This document shows, piece by piece, positions 57,844 to 64,000 of a DNA stretch of 64,000 bases. Every line of letters begins with the position of its first letter. Position 1 is the stretch's first letter. Below the pieces are notes generated by a model that was not told where the DNA came from, did no database searches, and saw only the letters and a program-made list of their open reading frames with translations. The DNA is from Octopus vulgaris (lineage: Eukaryota): contig OX597816.1 in the NCBI GenBank assembly GCA_951406725.2, positions 55,862,001 to 55,926,000 on the forward strand, in the 5' to 3' direction. The position numbers were made by a program, and so were the translations under genes.

Positions 57844-58479
57844 GGATCTTTTCCTTTTGAACGGCAGATAATTTCTAGTAAACTAAACACTTTAAAACTT
57901 CGTATACTGGTAGAATGTGTCAAAATAAAATATTTTTTTCTCTTGGCTTTCTTGAGAAAATTGTAATTTGTTTGTTTAACGTAGCTTAATTTTTCGAATT
58001 TTAACCAATCCTATACTCTCTTTTGAGCTAAAGTCATTTGCTGCATCTAAAACTGAGACAACATCCTGTAACTAACCCTAAACCGCCCCCTTAACCCTAA
58101 TTTTTTTTTCTTAATTGTTAAATTAATTTAATTGTTACGCGTGGAAAAAAACTAAAGCAATGGAATTAAATTAATTTAACAATTAAGAAAAAAAATTAGG
58201 GTTAGGGTTAAGGTTAGGGGGAGGTTTAGGGTTAGTTACAGGATGTTGTCTCAGTTTTAGACGCAGCAAATGATTTTAGTTGAATGGAGGTAATCGATTG
58301 GTTAAAATTGCCGAAATGCTCGGATTTTCAAACGAAATATCTTACAAACTATAGAATTTTCTCAATAAAACCAAGAGAAAAGGATCTTTTATAAACACAT
58401 TCTACCAGTATACGAAGTTTAAAAGTGTTTAGTTAACTAGAAATTGTGTTGACATCTGCCGTTCAAAAGGAAAAGATCT
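57844..58479. mobile_element. Foldback MITE with ~290-bp TIRs, 8-bp TSD and internal TTAGGG repeats (Merlin-like)
   Basis: Ends ggatcttttccttttgaacggcagat and atctgccgttcaaaaggaaaagatct; TSD gactctct at 57836-57843 and 58480-58487. Confidence 0.9.
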
Positions 58480-58922
58480 GACTCTCTTTATTACAAATAC
58501 AGACCCCTTTTGAAACCGTCTACAACAAACGGCATATCCACCACGGCCTTAGAATATCACAAGTACACACGCAAATATTAAAAATGATACACTCAAGAGA
58601 TTTCCAAGCGTTCATTAAAAATCAGTCCCAATCACTGCTATAATCCATAACGTGCCTATTTTAAGTAATTTGAACACTTAACACCTTACTACATTCATAT
58701 TAAATGCATTTCTTCTTATTCTCCCTTCTCTTTCTTCTTCTTTTTTGTCTTCTTCCTCCTCCTTCCTAAATTTACCACTATTGCCACTAAATTTACCACT
58801 ATAACACATAGGCAAATTTTATCAACAAAACATTCGAAAGAGATATTTCAGAATTTAACAATTACTACTAGTATCAAGAGCGCGTCATTTTGGGGGCATA
58901 CTACTGTCATGGCACTACCTCA

Positions 58923-59027
58923 TTCTTCTTCTTCTTCTTCTTCTTCTTCTTCTTCTTCTTCTTCTTCTTCTTCTTCTTCTTCTTCTTCTTCTTCTTCTTC
59001 TTCTTCTTCTTCTTCTTCTTCTTCTTC
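58923..59027. repeat. (TTC)n microsatellite
   Basis: Seen directly. Confidence 0.98.
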
Positions 59028-59173
59028 CAGCTCGTTTTCCTCGAGGATGCACCATTTCAGTGCCTTTCGGTGCTATAAGCACATACGTACACTGATACAC
59101 TGTTCCTCTCTCTCTCTCACTATCTTTCTATCTATTTCACTTTCTTTCTCTCTATCTTTCTCTCTCTCTCTCT

Positions 59174-59205
<32 letters not shown>

Positions 59206-59208
<3 letters not shown>

Positions 59209-59396
59209 GGTCCCGGGTTGATTCGGGGTTAACCACAGTAAGTAAGGTACTCAATACATAGCAGAGTAAAATTAATTTATTATATAGAAGGAGTTCTACA
59301 GGACTAGTACTGTTTCATTCAGAGAAATCTTCAGGAAGCTCCTGAAGATTTCTCTTGAATGAAACAGTACTAGTCCTGTAGAAGCTCCTTCATATA

Positions 59397-59402
<6 letters not shown>
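59206..59402. mobile_element. Probable solo Penelope pLTR end with ~125-bp inverted duplication and hammerhead-like core
   Basis: 59276-59402 is a palindrome centred on tcagg-aagct-cctga; each arm has CTGAAGA..GAAAC.agtact.GTC; (TA)n on both flanks. Confidence 0.65.
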
Positions 59403-59439
<37 letters not shown>

Positions 59440-59458
59440 GATACACACACACACACAT

Positions 59459-59493
<35 letters not shown>

Positions 59494-59556
59494 CACCAAT
59501 ATTTACTGGAAATAGCAGTCGATAAAACACGACACTATAGATAGAAATATTGATAG

Positions 59557-59602
<46 letters not shown>

Positions 59603-59636
59603 TCTGTATCTATCTATATTTCTATCAATAGCGTCT

Positions 59637-59699
<63 letters not shown>

Positions 59700-60120
59700 G
59701 TCCAACACTAACCCTACTCCCATCCAGCTACCGACTTCCTCCTGCCATTATCACTTCCATGCCTCCTACCATACCTATTCTTCGTTAAAATTTCCCTGCA
59801 TAATGATGATCTGACACGTTAGACTCTTATCTATTCACCCCAATGAAAGAGGCTCCGGAGTTTATCAATATTTGTTTGCTTCAATTACTGGATGCAAAAC
59901 TTTGATCAACATCTGTCAACATTATCAAGTAACTCCGAGAACTCAAAAAACATCTGTCGGACTTGCAACCTCTTCTCACCTCTAATTCTTTGACTCTTTG
60001 TAATGTGAGTAAATTTGCTCTATATACATAGAGTTATACATGATTGTTTATCGTCTAAAAATTGAGTCTGCCTTTTAAATGTATACACGTATATATACTG
60101 TGTTCATTAAAACCTAAAGT

Positions 60121-60218
<98 letters not shown>

Positions 60219-60389
60219 GTTAATGGTGCTGAATTGAAGATGGCGTGCGGTTTTGCCTTCTTTTTCCATTGATGTAATTTGGTTTTGTTTGGCTTCCAGC
60301 ATTTTCACAACTGTTCTCTATAATATTTGTTCTAAAAAAATTAAGACAGAAACTTTAAAAGGCATTTTACCCATCTCTAAGTTGTACGC

Positions 60390-60675
60390 GTTGCACAGTT
60401 TTGTGGTTGAGAAGCTTGCTTTTTACTATCATGTGGTTAAGGGTTCAGTTCTACTGCACAACACTTTCGGCAAGTGTTTTCTACGATAAACCCCGGTCAA
60501 CCAATGCCTTATGCCTGAAATCTGGTCGACAGAAAGTCTGTGGAACCCAATCTTAAATTTATCAGCGTATGTAAGAGAGAGAGAGAGTGAGAGAGAGAGA
60601 GCATGTTCGTGCGTGCATGCATGTGTTTGTTGACGTCCCTATAACAATGCCTTTCGGCAAAAGAGACCGATAATA
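60390..60675 (+). mobile_element. Old SINE family B copy
   Basis: Degenerate head and body immediately upstream of the young copy. Confidence 0.6.
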
Positions 60676-60703
60676 TCCATTGCAGATTTAAAAAGAAAAA
60701 CAT

Positions 60704-61117
60704 ATAGGCGCAGGAGTGGCTGTGTGGTAAGTAGCTTGCTAACCAACCACATGGTTCCAGGTTCAGTCCCACTGCGTGGCATCTTGGGCAGGTGTCTTCT
60801 GCTATAGCCCCGGGCCGACCAATGCCTTGTGAGTGGATTTGGTAGACGGAAACTGAAAGAAGCCTGTCGTATATATGTATATATATATATATATGTGTGT
60901 GTATATGTCTGTGTGTCTGTGTTTGTCCCCCCAGCATTGCTTGACAACCGATGCTAGTGTGTTTACGTCCCCGTCACTTAGCGGTTCGGCAAAAGAGACC
61001 GATAGAATAAGTACTGGGCTTACAAAGAATAAGTCCCGTGGTCGATTTGCTCGACTAAAGGCGGTGCTCCAGCATGGCCGCAGTCAAATGACTGAAACAA
61101 GTAATAGAGTAAAGAGT
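60704..61117 (+). mobile_element. Young full-length SINE family B
   Basis: A box tggctgtgtgg, B-box-like ggttcagtcc; near-identical to 17851-18260. Confidence 0.92.
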
Positions 61118-61455
61118 ATACTTACGTCGACCAAAATAATTCACAACGTTGCCTCAGCATGCCGCGTTCCAATAATTGAAACTAGTAAAAGGAGGTCAAA
61201 TACAAGATATGTTCCAGCTTTTGTGATGTTGTGTTTTTTCTACACGTTTGAAAATAATTATGCATTTTCAGAGATAGTTTTATATTTACATTAAAGTTGT
61301 CCACCAGCTTTGTGCAGAAGACGCTTTAGGAAGACCTAGGAATGATGAAACAAGAATCTGGCCTCGGTGAAGCTTCAGGTCAGGATGTAAACAGCCAGAA
61401 CCAAAACCGCCAACTATTTTACCGAAGCTCTAACAATCCTAGCAATCCACAGCCC

Positions 61456-61530
<75 letters not shown>

Positions 61531-61586
61531 TAATAATAATAATAATAATAATAATAATTATAATAATAATAATAATAATAATAATA
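61456..61586. repeat. (TAA)n microsatellite
   Basis: Seen directly. Confidence 0.98.
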
Positions 61587-61589
61587 TGG

Positions 61590-62710
61590 TGTCGATGGGT
61601 GATAATCGATGGTTATCCTTAGCGATGGTGTGACTTTGTTTTTGGTGCAACATTGAGGGTTCTAGCGTACAATGCCATGTGTGCGTTAGTTACGAATTGT
61701 TTTCGTTATTCTATAGTGATAGATCCTTCGTTCTGACAATGATGACAAGATATTCATGACCTCGAAGCACCTGAGACAATGTGGACCGACCTTGCCAACC
61801 TGTAAGAATTGATTACAGACATCTAACCACACTTACATGTCTCGACTACTGAGATTGCACACACTGCAAATGAAATGAGAATTGTGAGCACTTGACTAAC
61901 ACACGATATACAGCGTCTTATTTATTTATTTTCTCATGCTGGTCATTTATACCGTGCAATATTTCGTTAAATTCAACTAAACGACGATTTTCTATGGTTC
62001 CTCACAAACTACATATAATGTTATATATATTTTTTTTATTATTATGTAGACGATACAACTTTCTGGTTTCTATTTGAGTAAACTGCTGAAATAAGATCCA
62101 AGAGACACCTTTTCTGAATATCGTTCTAATTGAAAACGACATCTCAAAGAGAACCATCACGCTCTCTTTTCTACTAAACTTCTTGAATATTCTGAAATTT
62201 TTTGAAGTGTTTGTCAGTTTGAACTTGACAAGATTAGCAATGTCAGTCATTATCTTTCTACATTAATTCGTCTCTATGGCAAGCTTATCACATCTTTTAT
62301 GCAGAGTCGATTAATCATTGGCAGAGTATTTTCTTTTCCATACTTTCTCAATCTCTCTAGATCCACAATCTCAAATATCTCCGATAACACCTGCGTAGAG
62401 GTCAATTTATGACAGTTCAGATTATCTCCAGGCATAATCTAATGACAAAGAAATATTCATATATTTATTTATTTATTACTATAGGGCTATTCTGTAAATC
62501 TTAATCAATGTGGGCGGTAGTGATCCGGAATAAAATCCTTCAAACTCTTCGTTTACATCCTTCTCAGTTCAAATTTTGCTGAGACAAATAATTTCTCATT
62601 CAATATTAGTATATTGTACAATAAATGTCGTCAAACCTCTACCATCTCCAGAGACCCATGGCTTTGGGATAATTGAAAACACATTTGAGAGGTGGATTCG
62701 TATCATCTTT
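61590..62710 (-). mobile_element. Very degenerate RLE-type LINE remnant
   Basis: Minus-strand traces PWVSGDGRGL (~62640) and VHIVSG (~61775). Confidence 0.4.
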
Positions 62711-62726
62711 AGCGTTTTGGCAACGA

Positions 62727-63022
62727 AGGTGCGTGGCTTCGTGGTTAAAGCTTACGTGAGTTCGATCCTCGGTAGTGCGTTGTGTCATTGACCAAGATTC
62801 TTTATTTCACGTTACTCCATTCTACTCAGCCGGCAAAAATGAATAATACAAGTTCATCAAAGGGCAATCCCTGTAACATTCTGTGTTACGCTGAAGCTTC
62901 CTGAGAACTACATTAAGGGTACGAGTGTCTGTGGAGTGCTCAGCCACTTGCACGTTACTTTCATGAGCAGTTAACCGGATTAACTGGAACCCTCGTCGTC
63001 TTAACCAATGTAGTTCCACTGT
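62727..63022 (+). mobile_element. SINE family C' (tail type 3)
   Basis: ggtgcgtggcttcgtggtta, gagttcgatc, tail gtggagtgctcagccacttgcacgtt. Confidence 0.8.
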
Positions 63023-63223
63023 GTTGAGAAAAATTCATTCAGTTCAGAGTGTCAATTGCATTCTTTCTGCAATTGCACGAAAACAATTTTTTCTACACAT
63101 TTGAAATTAATTATGCATTTTCAGAGATAGTTTTATATTTACATTAAAGTTGTGCACCAGCTTTGTGCAGAAGACGCTTAGGAAGACCTAGGAATGATGA
63201 AACAAGAACCTGGCCTCGGTGAA

Positions 63224-63561
63224 TTCCTCTCAAGACATAGCCATGTGGTGAGAGGAATTCTGTGGGGTTTGAACAACTCAACTCTGGAAATTTGGGTGTT
63301 TTCTTCAATACCCTTAAACAAACCTTATTCAGGGACCTATTGAGTAGCATCGGCTACTCGACCTGAGAAAAATTCTAACGGAGCTCCGCCTGCGAGACCA
63401 TGTGCTGTTTATCTTGATATGAGGTTCCCATGTCGCGCACATATGGTTGGGATGCATGTGTCTTGTGTATCCTTATCAAACGAGTAGTCATAATGGGTAT
63501 ATTGGGCTTCGTATATATGTACCCCAGTCTCACTTTCATGGCATGCACTACTCTCTTACTC
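63224..63561 (+). mobile_element. Repeat family D
   Basis: Homologous to 34320-34633; followed by (TAA)n. Confidence 0.75.
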
Positions 63562-63653
<92 letters not shown>

Positions 63654-63690
63654 TAACAATAACAATAATAATAATAACAATAATAATAAT

Positions 63691-63725
<35 letters not shown>

Positions 63726-63756
63726 TGATAATAATAATAATAATAATAATAATAAT

Positions 63757-63800
<44 letters not shown>
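63562..63800. repeat. (TAA)n microsatellite
   Basis: Seen directly. Confidence 0.98.
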
Positions 63801-64000
63801 GGAGACACCGGGGATGTTTAAGATGTAAGAAGGAAAATACAGAGCTCCGAAATCTATCCACAAACATCGAAAACAAGGACACCCTATGGAGCCAAAGATT
63901 TACTAACAAAGAATTGGACTATATCCGAGTAAGTAATACTAATTGAAATTTATTACTATTTTCGAAACGAAATGATGTATTTTGACTCGATATTATCTCC

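Noticed and set aside
58070-58235. True telomere or chromosome-fusion site
   Set aside because: Only a few degenerate TTAGGG units, symmetric inside a TSD-flanked MITE.

Overview
AT-rich, microsatellite-saturated animal genomic DNA. The SINE families and repeat style look like an octopod cephalopod (Octopus sp.); this is recognition, not a database result. No intact host protein-coding gene is visible, so the window is intergenic or deep intronic. It holds a dead Helitron helicase, two short Helitrons, an RTE LINE with a PHD finger inside its RT, a Tx1/L1-like LINE sitting in a (GATA)n tract, several R4/Dong-type RLE LINEs stacked in (TAA)n tracts, a near-intact Neptune-type Penelope element with an inverted pseudo-LTR, mariner-derived and Merlin-like MITEs, and many tRNA-derived SINEs. 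The most notable observations are: (i) four hammerhead-ribozyme-like motifs between 50 and 60 kb, including a U3-A8/C13 core variant next to an E-box/CCAAT/E2F module in the Penelope pLTR; (ii) apparent partitioning of microsatellite types among retroelement families, including a candidate GATA-specific Tx1; (iii) one SINE head joined to three different tails, each chimera with its own target-site duplication; (iv) a foldback MITE carrying TTAGGG repeats. Most ORFs in the supplied track are microsatellite artefacts.
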